DNA of 63,270 bases from Chlamydiales bacterium. Lineage in GTDB: Bacteria; Chlamydiota; Chlamydiia; Chlamydiales; CALTSX01. Below, in pieces: positions 10,122-19,456 of the stretch; within the stretch, counting starts at the first letter, position 1; every line of letters starts with the position of its first letter. A program made the position numbers and the translations under genes. Location of the stretch: positions 1 through 63,270 of the forward strand of contig JBOFEG010000020.1 of the NCBI GenBank assembly GCA_051647685.1. The letters run 5' to 3'. Below the pieces are notes generated by a model. The model was given only the letters and a program-made list of their open reading frames with translations. It was not told the DNA's origin and searched no databases.

Positions 10122-10873
10122 TGATCCCTTTGGATGACGAAGTATTTGTTTGTTTTGATGTAGAATCAACAGGCCTCGATCATAACAAAGATCGGATTAT
10201 TGAAATTGCAGCTATTAAATTTACTCTAAAAAAGAATTTTGATCATTTCCACTATTTAATTAATCCCGAAATTCCAATCCCCCTTGAGTCACAAAAAATT
10301 CACCATATTTCTGATGAAATGGTATCAGACCAACCGACCATTTCCAAAATTCTTCCTGCTTTTTGTGAATTTTTAGGAGACTACCCTATCGTTGGACATG
10401 GGATTTCTTTTGATATCTCTATTCTGCAATCTTCAATGCAAAGGTCTAATTTTTCAATTTCATTAGATAAAAAAATTGTGATAGATACTCTCAGACTCGC
10501 TAGATTATATGGAGAGAGTCCGTCTAATTCTTTGGATGTCTTGCGGCAACATTTTAATATTCCTTTTGAAGGGTCGCATCGCGCTTTGAATGACGTAATT
10601 ATTAATATCCAGGTTTTCAAACAATTGACAAAAAAATTTAGGACTTTGCCAGAATTACTACAATGTTTGAAGAAACCCATTGCAATGAAAATGATGCCTC
10701 TTGGGAAATATAAAGGAAGATTATTTAAAGAAATCCCATTAGATTATCTTTTGTGGGCGAGAAGACAAAAATTCGACCAGGATTTGCGTTATTCTATCCA
10801 AACAGAAATTCACAGACGAAGATCTGCAGAAAATTTTTCCAAAGCCACTAATCCATTTCATGATTTGCTCTAA
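10121..10873 (+). CDS. DnaQ-like 3'-5' exonuclease with a C-terminal KYKG-motif domain
   Basis: ExoI FDVESTGL, ExoII GHGISFD, ExoIII HRALNDV. C-terminal PLGKYKGRLFKEIPLDYLLWA resembles the DUF3820-type module. The start overlaps the engB stop. Confidence 0.7.
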   Translation: MIPLDDEVFVCFDVESTGLDHNKDRIIEIAAIKFTLKKNFDHFHYLINPEIPIPLESQKIHHISDEMVSDQPTISKILPAFCEFLGDYPIVGHGISFDISILQSSMQRSNFSISLDKKIVIDTLRLARLYGESPSNSLDVLRQHFNIPFEGSHRALNDVIINIQVFKQLTKKFRTLPELLQCLKKPIAMKMMPLGKYKGRLFKEIPLDYLLWARRQKFDQDLRYSIQTEIHRRRSAENFSKATNPFHDLL

Positions 10874-10921
10874 TTATTTATATAGATATTGAATCCGTAT
10901 ATCTAGATTAGGGGTAAGTTA

Positions 10922-12130
10922 GTGAAAACGCTATCTATACAAGATCTTTTTTTAGTTGATCAAAAAGTTCTCCTGAGGGTGGATTTTAACGTACCATTAC
11001 AAAAGAATGGAATTATTGTCGATGATACAAGAATTAAACAAGCTACAACTTCGATCAATTATATTATATCGCAAAAGGGCAAGGTAATTATTCTCAGTCA
11101 TTTGGGTAGACCCAAGGGGACGCCAGATCGCAAGTTATCTCTACTGCCTTGCGCTAAGCGTTTGTCAAAAATGATTCGTAAATCTGTGATTTTAGCGCCT
11201 GATTGTATCGGAACAGAAGTAAACCAAATTGTAGAGAAAATGAATTATGAGCAAGTAGTAATGCTTGAAAATCTTCGCTTCCATATTGAAGAAGAGAATC
11301 CACCGAATCGAGATTTTGCCGCTCATCTCGCTACACTTGGTGATTGTTATGTAAACGATGCTTTTGCGAGTTCTCATAGACTCCATAGTTCTATCACTAT
11401 CCTCCCGACTTTGTTTCCAGGAAAATCTGCATCTGGATTTCTTATGGAAGAAGAGATAACTGGCCTATCTCCTCTCATTAGATCTCCAAAGCGTCCTTTT
11501 CATATCATTTTAGGAGGGTCTAAAATTGGAACTAAAATAAATATTTTATACTCTTTATTAGATAAAATTGATTGTATTTATTTAGGCGGCGGAATGGCTT
11601 TTACTTTTTTTAAAGCGCAAGGATACGAAGTCGGAAATTCTTATTACGATCTTGCAAGTGTACCGAGAGCTTGTGAACTGATTGAGCTTTTTGAGCTTTG
11701 TAGAGAAAAAATGGTTCAAATTCATTTACCACAAGATATAGCAGCAAGCCATACTACACATTCTAAGAGTCAAATTTTTCCTTTTACAAAAATAAAACCT
11801 GGATGGACCGGTCTAGATATCGGTCCAGATACAATCACAAATTGGGCGTCAGCATTATCTAAAGCGTCTACTATTTTTTGGAATGGACCGCTCGGTATGT
11901 GGGAAATGCCTGAATTTTCTCATGGAACTCGCAACCTCGCTCAAGCTATAACTACAATGCCGTCTACCGTTGTAGCTGGAGGTGGCGATCTCACAGCTGC
12001 TTTGCGAGATTTTCAGATAACAGAAAAGTTTTCCTATATTTCTACGGGGGGGGGGGAGCGGCATCCCTTGAATTCCTTCAACATGGCCACCTGCCTGGTA
12101 TCGATGCCTTATCTACTGTTTAAACAATAA
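10922..12130 (+). CDS. pgk: phosphoglycerate kinase; C-terminus frameshifted at an 11-G tract (conserved frame would end at 12123)
   Basis: RVDFNVP, SHLGRPKG, STGGG motifs. After STGGG the listed frame gives a non-conserved tail, whereas the adjacent frame reads AASLEFLQHGHLPGIDALSTV*. GTG start. Confidence 0.9.
   Translation: MKTLSIQDLFLVDQKVLLRVDFNVPLQKNGIIVDDTRIKQATTSINYIISQKGKVIILSHLGRPKGTPDRKLSLLPCAKRLSKMIRKSVILAPDCIGTEVNQIVEKMNYEQVVMLENLRFHIEEENPPNRDFAAHLATLGDCYVNDAFASSHRLHSSITILPTLFPGKSASGFLMEEEITGLSPLIRSPKRPFHIILGGSKIGTKINILYSLLDKIDCIYLGGGMAFTFFKAQGYEVGNSYYDLASVPRACELIELFELCREKMVQIHLPQDIAASHTTHSKSQIFPFTKIKPGWTGLDIGPDTITNWASALSKASTIFWNGPLGMWEMPEFSHGTRNLAQAITTMPSTVVAGGGDLTAALRDFQITEKFSYISTGGGERHPLNSFNMATCLVSMPYLLFKQ
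12046..12056 (+). repeat. homopolymeric G tract (11 G) inside pgk
   Basis: Counted directly: tctac + 11 g + agcg. The longest G run I noticed in a very AT-rich window. Confidence 0.95.
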
Positions 12131-12171
12131 TTTTTAATCTATTTGTAGTAAAATTAAAAAAATTTGAAACC

Positions 12172-12199
12172 TTGCAAAATAAATAATTTCGCTTATACT
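12172..12199 (+). promoter_or_regulatory. candidate sigma-70-type promoter for the nucleotide transporter gene
   Basis: TTGCAA (12172-12177), 16-nt spacer, TATACT (12194-12199). It would give a leader of about 160 nt before the ATG at 12365. Confidence 0.3.
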
Positions 12200-12364
12200 A
12201 GAATGAAAAAATTGAAGTATTTTTCCTTTTGAAGGCTTTGTTGCAATTTTTGCCAAAACGTCTACATTTGATTTATAATAGGTCATCATTGATGACTATA
12301 ATCCAACCTTATCCGTTCTACTCTACATTACAAAATAATTTTTTCAACCAAACTAGTAGGAATA

Positions 12365-13930
12365 ATGTCTATTTCTTCTCCACTTAGTAAACTTAGATTA
12401 TTTTTTTGGCCTATTCGCTCTGGTGAATTAAAAAAATTTATTCCAATGTTTCTAATGTGCTTCTTCATCTGCTTTATTTATAGCCTATTGAAAGTAGCAA
12501 AAGATACATTAGTGATTAGCACATCCGGAGCCGAGGTCATACCCTTTATTAAAGTATGGGCTATTCTGCCCGGCGCACTACTCATCACGATGATTTTTAC
12601 AAAGCTGACTACCCGTTTCAAAAGTTCAACTATTTTTTATATAATGATGGGTTCTTTCCTCTCCTTTTTCCTGCTATTTGCCTTTGTGTTATACCCTCTA
12701 CAAGATCTTTTGCATCCGCACAGTCTCGCAAATTACCTCGAAACGATTCTTCCTCAGGGCTTCCATGGATTAATTGCTATCTTTCGAAATTGGACCTTTA
12801 CTCTATTCTACGTCATGTCTGAACTCTGGGGCACTGCGATTATGACAGTACTTCTCTGGGGATTTATTAATCAGGTTACTCGAGTAGAAGAGGCCGGCCG
12901 ATTCTATGGAATTCTATCTGTCGGCAGCAATATCTCTACTGCTTTAGCTGGATACATTGCAATGCATCCGCCATCAGAGCCTTTCCTTCAATTACCCTTC
13001 TTCTGCCAATCCGATTCCTGGGGAAATTGTTTAATGGTGATTACTCTTATTATCGCTCTCTGTGGCATGAGCTCTATATTTTTATTTCGGTTCTTAATTA
13101 ATAAAGTAGTAGGAGAATCGACTATTCACATTGAGGCTCAACGAAAAAATGCTTGTTGCTGCGGGGTGATAAAAAGTTTTAAATATCTTCTTAAATCCAA
13201 ATATTTAATTTGTATTGCTGCGATTGTCTTTATGTATAACATCTCTATGAATATGATAGAGATAGTCTGGAAAGATCAAGTGAGAGAATTATATACCAAT
13301 CGAATGGATTTTATGATGTATTCCGGAAAAATACAAATTATCATGGGGATCTTATCCAGTGTAATTGCATGGATTGCTTGTAGCAATGTCATTAAAAGAT
13401 TCGGTTGGACTCGAAGTGCTCTAATCACGCCCATTACCCTTTTGATTTCCGGATCATTATTTTTCTTCTGTTTCTTATTTAAAAAGAGTTCTTACGTATC
13501 CTCTCTATCCATGTTACTGCATACTACTCCGCTTGCTTTAATCGTTTTTTTTGGAGCTCTTCAAAATTGGTTAACTAGATCGTGTAAATTTACTTTTTTT
13601 GATGCTACAAAAGAAATGGCTTTTATACCCTTAAGCATCGAATCTAAACTCCAAGGTAAAGCAGCTATTGACGGTGTCGCATCAAGACTTGGGAAGTCAA
13701 GTGGTTCTTTAATTTATCAATTTTTATTAATGATATTTGGCTCTGTTGCTACCAGTTCCCCATACGTTGGAGTTGTTCTACTCCTTAGCATCATCATATG
13801 GATACTTGCTACAAAATCACTTGGAACCAAATTTGATGAGTTGACTAAACCAAGCGCACCTCCGGAGAGTGAGGTCAGTAGCACAGACGATGTAACCACA
13901 ACATTGATTACAAAACCTGTAAGTTTATAA
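12365..13930 (+). CDS. ntt: ATP/ADP (nucleotide) translocase, Tlc/NTT family
   Basis: 521 aa with about 12 hydrophobic segments. N-terminus FWPIRSGELKKFIPMFLMCFFICFIYSLLKVAKDTLVI is characteristic of rickettsial/chlamydial/plastid NTTs. Confidence 0.85.
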   Translation: MSISSPLSKLRLFFWPIRSGELKKFIPMFLMCFFICFIYSLLKVAKDTLVISTSGAEVIPFIKVWAILPGALLITMIFTKLTTRFKSSTIFYIMMGSFLSFFLLFAFVLYPLQDLLHPHSLANYLETILPQGFHGLIAIFRNWTFTLFYVMSELWGTAIMTVLLWGFINQVTRVEEAGRFYGILSVGSNISTALAGYIAMHPPSEPFLQLPFFCQSDSWGNCLMVITLIIALCGMSSIFLFRFLINKVVGESTIHIEAQRKNACCCGVIKSFKYLLKSKYLICIAAIVFMYNISMNMIEIVWKDQVRELYTNRMDFMMYSGKIQIIMGILSSVIAWIACSNVIKRFGWTRSALITPITLLISGSLFFFCFLFKKSSYVSSLSMLLHTTPLALIVFFGALQNWLTRSCKFTFFDATKEMAFIPLSIESKLQGKAAIDGVASRLGKSSGSLIYQFLLMIFGSVATSSPYVGVVLLLSIIIWILATKSLGTKFDELTKPSAPPESEVSSTDDVTTTLITKPVSL

Positions 13931-13935
13931 CCATC

Positions 13936-14556
13936 ATGATATTCTGGCTTGAAAGCTTTCTTTTGTCCTATCCACAAAGCGCTCCCTATATTATTTTTTT
14001 TTTACTACTGCTTGCGGGAATTAATTTCCCAATTAGTATTGATATTGTAGTTATACTCAGCGCTTTTTTAGTCACGAAAACATTAAAGCATCAAATTCTT
14101 CCTATTTATATTAGTTTATTGCTGGGCACTTATCTTTCGGCATGGATTTCTTATTGGTTAGGAAGGCTTGCCAGAAAAAAGTTACTGCGATTTCAATTCG
14201 TGCAGAATTTTTTTTCCCAAGAAAAATTAAATTCTCTTCAACAATTTTATGAAAAAAATGGAATGTTAACTCTTTTAATAGGAAGATTCATTCCCTTTGG
14301 AATTCGCAATTGTTTATTCCTATCGACGGGATTTAGTAAATGTTCCTTCAAAAAATTTATACTTCGAGATTCTTTGAGTTGTTTGATTTGGGTTTCTGTA
14401 TCATATTATAGTTTTTTGCATATTAGTAAAAATATGCACCAATTATTGTATAGTATAAAAAAATTCCAACTCGCTTTATTTCTTGGATTCAGTGTGACTC
14501 TAATTGTAGTGGTTTGTTATAATTTAAAAAAAAATAGAAAACCCAGGAATCTTTAA
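13936..14556 (+). CDS. DedA/SNARE-associated family membrane protein
   Basis: Multi-TM 206-aa protein with a GRFIPFGIRNCLFLSTG DedA-type re-entrant motif. Confidence 0.65.
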   Translation: MIFWLESFLLSYPQSAPYIIFFLLLLAGINFPISIDIVVILSAFLVTKTLKHQILPIYISLLLGTYLSAWISYWLGRLARKKLLRFQFVQNFFSQEKLNSLQQFYEKNGMLTLLIGRFIPFGIRNCLFLSTGFSKCSFKKFILRDSLSCLIWVSVSYYSFLHISKNMHQLLYSIKKFQLALFLGFSVTLIVVVCYNLKKNRKPRNL

Positions 14557-14561
14557 TCGTA

Positions 14562-15071
14562 ATGTTTACGGTATCTAACGCTCTATCTTTATTGCGTGCG
14601 CCTTTAGCGCTTTTATTTTTTATCCATAATCCCATAATGCGTTTATGCGTCGTGATTGCAGCTATGTTGACAGATTGTATCGATGGTTACGTCGCAAGAA
14701 AATATCAATTTGCTAGTCGGATTGGAGCGATTATTGATCCTATAATGGATAAATTTTTTGTCTTTTTTTCTTTAGCTATTCTGGTCCTTGAGTGTCAAAT
14801 AGAATATTGGCAAGTTCTTGCTATGCTTTCTAGAGACTTTTTCCTCTGCTTGTTTGCAATTTATTTGCGATTCTTTGGAAAATGGGAAACCTATCAATTT
14901 CAATCTATTCGATGGGGAAAAATAACCACTGGACTTCAGTTTTGTGTGCTTATGGCACTTGCAATGCAAAAAAAGTTACCGTGGTCGATGTATATGCTCT
15001 TTATTTTTTTGGGGATACTCGCTTTTTTTGAGCTCCTGCAAATTGCAAGAAATTGCGTCAGTAAAAACTAA
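14562..15071 (+). CDS. pgsA: CDP-alcohol phosphatidyltransferase (PgsA-like)
   Basis: DCIDGYVARKYQFASRIGAIIDPIMDK fits D(x2)DG(x2)AR...G(x3)D(x3)D. Small polytopic protein. Confidence 0.7.
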   Translation: MFTVSNALSLLRAPLALLFFIHNPIMRLCVVIAAMLTDCIDGYVARKYQFASRIGAIIDPIMDKFFVFFSLAILVLECQIEYWQVLAMLSRDFFLCLFAIYLRFFGKWETYQFQSIRWGKITTGLQFCVLMALAMQKKLPWSMYMLFIFLGILAFFELLQIARNCVSKN

Positions 15072-15168
15072 TGAATAGACAACTCTTTATCTCACAAGAA
15101 ACTTGGTTTTTATCAAACTAGAACATACACTAGAGTAAACAAAATTTGAACTACAAAGGCACACTATC

Positions 15169-16191
15169 ATGAAAGAATCTATTTTACGCTCTGCAATTCG
15201 TTCGTTTTTCACATCGCTGTTTGGATGCATTGGATTTTTTATCGCTATTTTTGCCGTTATTATGTTTGGTATTATGAGCTCTGGAATCGACACGAAAACT
15301 ACTATGAAAACGATTCCCAATGCAGAAGGAAATAAGGGTGAATTAAAACTAACGTCCCCTGTTCTATTACAGATTGATATTCACGATATCATTGGCCTTG
15401 GAAAGATGACTGCGGAATCGGTTAATTTGCAACTCTTTGAATCACAACTTAAGTTTAAACAGGGACAAATTAAAGGTATTCTTCTGCATATGAATACACC
15501 AGGTGGCGGCGTGATAGCATCGAACGCTATTTACGAAGCACTATTGGAATACAAAAAGAAATACAATGTTCCTATTTACGCTTATGTAGAAGGGCTTTGT
15601 GCATCCGGTGGTATGTATATCGCCTCCGCTGCTGATTTTATTTATTCAAGCCCCATTAGTGTAATTGGTAGTATAGGCGTAATTGAAGGGCCTTTCTTTA
15701 ATTTCTCCGAGTTATTGAAAAAAATAGATGTTTCTTCTGTAACCTTAACAGAGGGAAAAAATAAAGATTCGTTCAACCCATTTCGGCCTTGGAGAGAGGG
15801 AGAAGGAAGTACTCATCAAGCTATTATCAAATCTATGTATGATCGATTTGTGCAAATTATCGAGAAAAGTAGACCCAATCTCAACATCAATCAATTGCGC
15901 AATGAATATGGAGCGCAAGTTTTCATTGCAGAAAAAGCAAAAGAATTGGGGTATATAGATATTAGCAATTCGACCTATAAGGAGGCTTTGAAGTCATTAA
16001 AATTAGCTGCTCATATTGGAGAAAATGAGTGTTATCAGGTTATAAAACTAATTCCTCCCATTGAATACAAATTTTTCCCAGCCTCTGCTTCTAGTAATTT
16101 TATTTTTAATCTACTGAGTCGAATTTTTCCATTTTCTCCCCCTATTGGAGAAAAATTTCTCTATTTAGATCCGTCTTATACCAATGGATAG
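15169..16191 (+). CDS. sppA: signal peptide peptidase SppA (36K type)
   Basis: N-terminal TM segment. NTPGGGV and CASGGMYIASAAD (catalytic Ser region) are typical of S49 peptidases. Confidence 0.75.
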   Translation: MKESILRSAIRSFFTSLFGCIGFFIAIFAVIMFGIMSSGIDTKTTMKTIPNAEGNKGELKLTSPVLLQIDIHDIIGLGKMTAESVNLQLFESQLKFKQGQIKGILLHMNTPGGGVIASNAIYEALLEYKKKYNVPIYAYVEGLCASGGMYIASAADFIYSSPISVIGSIGVIEGPFFNFSELLKKIDVSSVTLTEGKNKDSFNPFRPWREGEGSTHQAIIKSMYDRFVQIIEKSRPNLNINQLRNEYGAQVFIAEKAKELGYIDISNSTYKEALKSLKLAAHIGENECYQVIKLIPPIEYKFFPASASSNFIFNLLSRIFPFSPPIGEKFLYLDPSYTNG

Positions 16192-18850
16192 ATTATTTAT
16201 TCTAGATGCTATTAATTATCTCTACAGGTCTTATTATGCAATAAGGCCTATGACCAATAGTGCTGGAAAGTCAACTCATGCCCTATATGGTTTTATTCGC
16301 TCCGTACAAAAAATAATTAAAGATTTTTCCCCAACCCATCTAGTTTGTGTATTTGATGGAAAAAATAATACGAGTAGTCGAGAAAAGATTTATCCAGAAT
16401 ATAAAGCCCAGAGAGATGGAATGCCTAATGATTTGGGCCAACAATTACAAGAAGCCCTTTTTTTTTGTGAATATGCAGGTATTCCTTATTTATCAATAGA
16501 TGATGTGGAAGCGGATGATATCATTGCAAGTATTGCAAAGTGGGCAGAAAGAAAGGAGTTCGATGTCTTTTTATGTTCTAGCGATAAGGATTTATGCCAG
16601 CTGATTAGTCCACATATCAAGATGATTCATATTCATAAAGAAAATCTGATTGTGGATGGGGAAAAAATTATCGAGATGTATGGTGTGAAGCCAAGTCAGA
16701 TGATTGATTACTTGGCTTTAGTCGGCGATACCTCCGATAATATCCCTGGAGTGGCTGGATTTGGACCAAAAACCGCTGCTTTGCTCTTGCAACAGTTTAA
16801 CGATTTACAAACTATACTCGCAAAAACAAATGAAATCGCTTCACCTAGGCAAAGAGAGCTTTTGCGCATTCATAAAAAAGATGCTCTTATGAGCCAAAAA
16901 CTTGTCCGCCTTTATACCAATATTCCTTTTCCCAAAAAAGCTTCTTTCTTTCTCTTAAAGCCTCCCGATAAAGAAAAGTTACTCGAATTTTATCAATCCA
17001 TGAATTTTTCTAGTCTTCTCAAAAATTTCCTGCAACATCCAAATAGTGCTCCTGCAAAAAAAGATTCCATCAAAAGTACCTATATACTTATTGATAATTT
17101 GAAGACCCTGGATGCATTACTGCAGTCTCTTGTGCAAAAGAAAAGCATAGCTATAAAAACAATTACTACCGGTCCAAACCCTTTTCGAGACAGTCTACTT
17201 GGCATAGCTATCTCTGCGGAAAAAGGAAAAGCTTTTTATATTCCGATTCAACAGGAAGCAGCGGAATCAATAATATTAAACAGAGTAAAAAGTTTATTAG
17301 AGGATAAAAATATCCAATTTTTTGGACACGATATAAAATATGATATGCACGTACTTGCGAGATACCATATTACTGTGTCTACCATCAGTTTTGATACAAT
17401 GATTGCTTCTTATTTATTACAACCACAAAAAAATCGACATAGTCTAGCTATTCTACTTTTAGATCAATTTGGTATTGTTCATTCATCCTCAAAAGAGTTT
17501 TTGGCCATGCAAAAACAATCAGATTCAGCGAATAAAATTGCGTCCTATGGATGCCAAAGTGTTGATTATATCTTCCGAGCAAAAAACATTTTATTGAAAC
17601 AATTAAAAGAGCGAAAATTATTTACCCTTTTTACTTGTATGGAAATTCCGCTCATCCCTGTTTTGTTTCTTATGGAATCCCATGGAATTTATGTTGATTT
17701 GAAAAAACTTGAGCAGTTATCAGATGAGGTTCGCAAAAATTTACATATCCTAATGGAAAAAATTTACACATCGACTGGAGAGAGATTTAATTTGAATTCT
17801 CCAAAACAACTTCGCGAAATTTTATTCAAAAAAATTCCCCTCAAGATGACCAAACGAGGGAAAAAAACTGGGGAATTATCCACTAGTGCAGAAGTACTCG
17901 AAAGTATTCAACATGAGGTCCCGCTTGCCGCGGACATACTTGAATATAGAACACTGGAAAAATTACGTTCGACCTATTTAGATGTTTTGCCCCACCAACT
18001 AGACCCAGATACTCATCGAATCCATTGTACTTTTAATCAATCGGTTACCGCTACTGGACGCCTTTCCTGTCAGGATCCAAATCTACAAAATATCCCTATC
18101 CGATCAAAAATTGGAAGGAAAATTAGAGGTGTCTTTCGGCCACAGCGTCCAGGATGGAGTTTTTTATCAGCAGACTATTCACAGATAGAATTGCGGATTT
18201 TAGCTCATTTGAGTCAAGATCCTAACCTGATTCATGCTTTTTTAACCGGGCAAGACATTCATAATTTCACAGCTTCTCAAATCTTTGAGGTGCCTCTCGA
18301 AAAAGTCACGAAATCGATGCGAGATAGAGCCAAAGGAGTGAACTTTGGGCTTATTTATGGACAAGGCGCTACAGGGCTATCCAAACAATTAAAAATTAGT
18401 ATACCGGAAGCAAAGGATTTTATAGCCAAATATTTTCTGCAATACCCCAAAATAGCTATTTACTTAGAATCTTTGAAACAACAAGCGAGAGAAAGCCATA
18501 TAGCCTATACCTTGATGGGAAGACAAAGACCTATTCCAGAAATTGAAAATAAAAATTTTATGGTGCAAAGCAGTGCAGAAAGGCTTGCGATTAACACGCC
18601 TTTTCAGGGGTTGGGAGCCGATTTTATCAAAATGGCTATGATTGAAATCGATAACCAATTGCGACGCTACCAAGGTCTTGGCCTATTAATCCTTCAGATT
18701 CACGATGAGCTCCTTTTCGAGATAGCTGATTCGGTAATCTCTGAACTCGAACCTATAATAAAGTCTACTATGGAATCAGTATATTCACTCAGTGTTCCTC
18801 TGATTGTAGATATCGATATTGGCAAAAATTGGGAAGAATGTTACCATTAA
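16184..18850 (+). CDS. polA: DNA polymerase I
   Basis: 5'-nuclease N-terminus, DYSQIELRILAHLS (motif A), RDRAKGVNFGLIYG (motif B), QIHDELLFE (motif C). 888 aa. Confidence 0.95.
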   Translation: MDRLFILDAINYLYRSYYAIRPMTNSAGKSTHALYGFIRSVQKIIKDFSPTHLVCVFDGKNNTSSREKIYPEYKAQRDGMPNDLGQQLQEALFFCEYAGIPYLSIDDVEADDIIASIAKWAERKEFDVFLCSSDKDLCQLISPHIKMIHIHKENLIVDGEKIIEMYGVKPSQMIDYLALVGDTSDNIPGVAGFGPKTAALLLQQFNDLQTILAKTNEIASPRQRELLRIHKKDALMSQKLVRLYTNIPFPKKASFFLLKPPDKEKLLEFYQSMNFSSLLKNFLQHPNSAPAKKDSIKSTYILIDNLKTLDALLQSLVQKKSIAIKTITTGPNPFRDSLLGIAISAEKGKAFYIPIQQEAAESIILNRVKSLLEDKNIQFFGHDIKYDMHVLARYHITVSTISFDTMIASYLLQPQKNRHSLAILLLDQFGIVHSSSKEFLAMQKQSDSANKIASYGCQSVDYIFRAKNILLKQLKERKLFTLFTCMEIPLIPVLFLMESHGIYVDLKKLEQLSDEVRKNLHILMEKIYTSTGERFNLNSPKQLREILFKKIPLKMTKRGKKTGELSTSAEVLESIQHEVPLAADILEYRTLEKLRSTYLDVLPHQLDPDTHRIHCTFNQSVTATGRLSCQDPNLQNIPIRSKIGRKIRGVFRPQRPGWSFLSADYSQIELRILAHLSQDPNLIHAFLTGQDIHNFTASQIFEVPLEKVTKSMRDRAKGVNFGLIYGQGATGLSKQLKISIPEAKDFIAKYFLQYPKIAIYLESLKQQARESHIAYTLMGRQRPIPEIENKNFMVQSSAERLAINTPFQGLGADFIKMAMIEIDNQLRRYQGLGLLILQIHDELLFEIADSVISELEPIIKSTMESVYSLSVPLIVDIDIGKNWEECYH

Positions 18851-19434
18851 AAAAAATTGCAGTTACTGGATCTATAGGTTCTGGTAAAACCACCGTTTGC
18901 CAACTTTTTAAAAAATATGGCGCTTATTCTATTAGTACAGACGTCATTGCTCATCAACTTTTATCTCAAAATAGACATTGTATAGCAGAAATTCTCCAAG
19001 AATTCGGCTCTAACATTGTAGTAAAAGATAAAATTGACCGTAATAAATTAGCAAAGATTGTTTTTGCTGATTATAATAACTTATATAAACTGGAGAAAAT
19101 TCTTCATCCAAGGATTTTAAAACAAATTACTACTGCATATGGCATTGCCTCTCAAAAAGATATTTATCATTTTTTTGTCGTTGAAGTACCACTTTTATAT
19201 GAGGCCATCTGGCAAAAATACTTTGATATAATTATATATGTAGATGCAAGATTAAGTTTACGTAGGAGTAGATGTAACCAAAGGGCGCTGAAGTTTTTTT
19301 CATCGCGTGAAAAACGAATGTCTATTATTTCAAATAAGAAAAATCTATCCGATTATATTATTTATAACAATTTTGAGATAAAAAAATTAGATAACTCAGT
19401 ACAAGAAGTTATCAAACAAATACAATTAAATTAA
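18838..19434 (+). CDS. coaE: dephospho-CoA kinase
   Basis: IAVTGSIGSGKTTV P-loop right after the ATG at 18838, which I prefer to the TTG at 18829. Overlaps the polA stop. Confidence 0.85.
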   Translation: MLPLKKIAVTGSIGSGKTTVCQLFKKYGAYSISTDVIAHQLLSQNRHCIAEILQEFGSNIVVKDKIDRNKLAKIVFADYNNLYKLEKILHPRILKQITTAYGIASQKDIYHFFVVEVPLLYEAIWQKYFDIIIYVDARLSLRRSRCNQRALKFFSSREKRMSIISNKKNLSDYIIYNNFEIKKLDNSVQEVIKQIQLN

Positions 19435-19456
19435 TTATTAAGGAGAAATCAATTCA

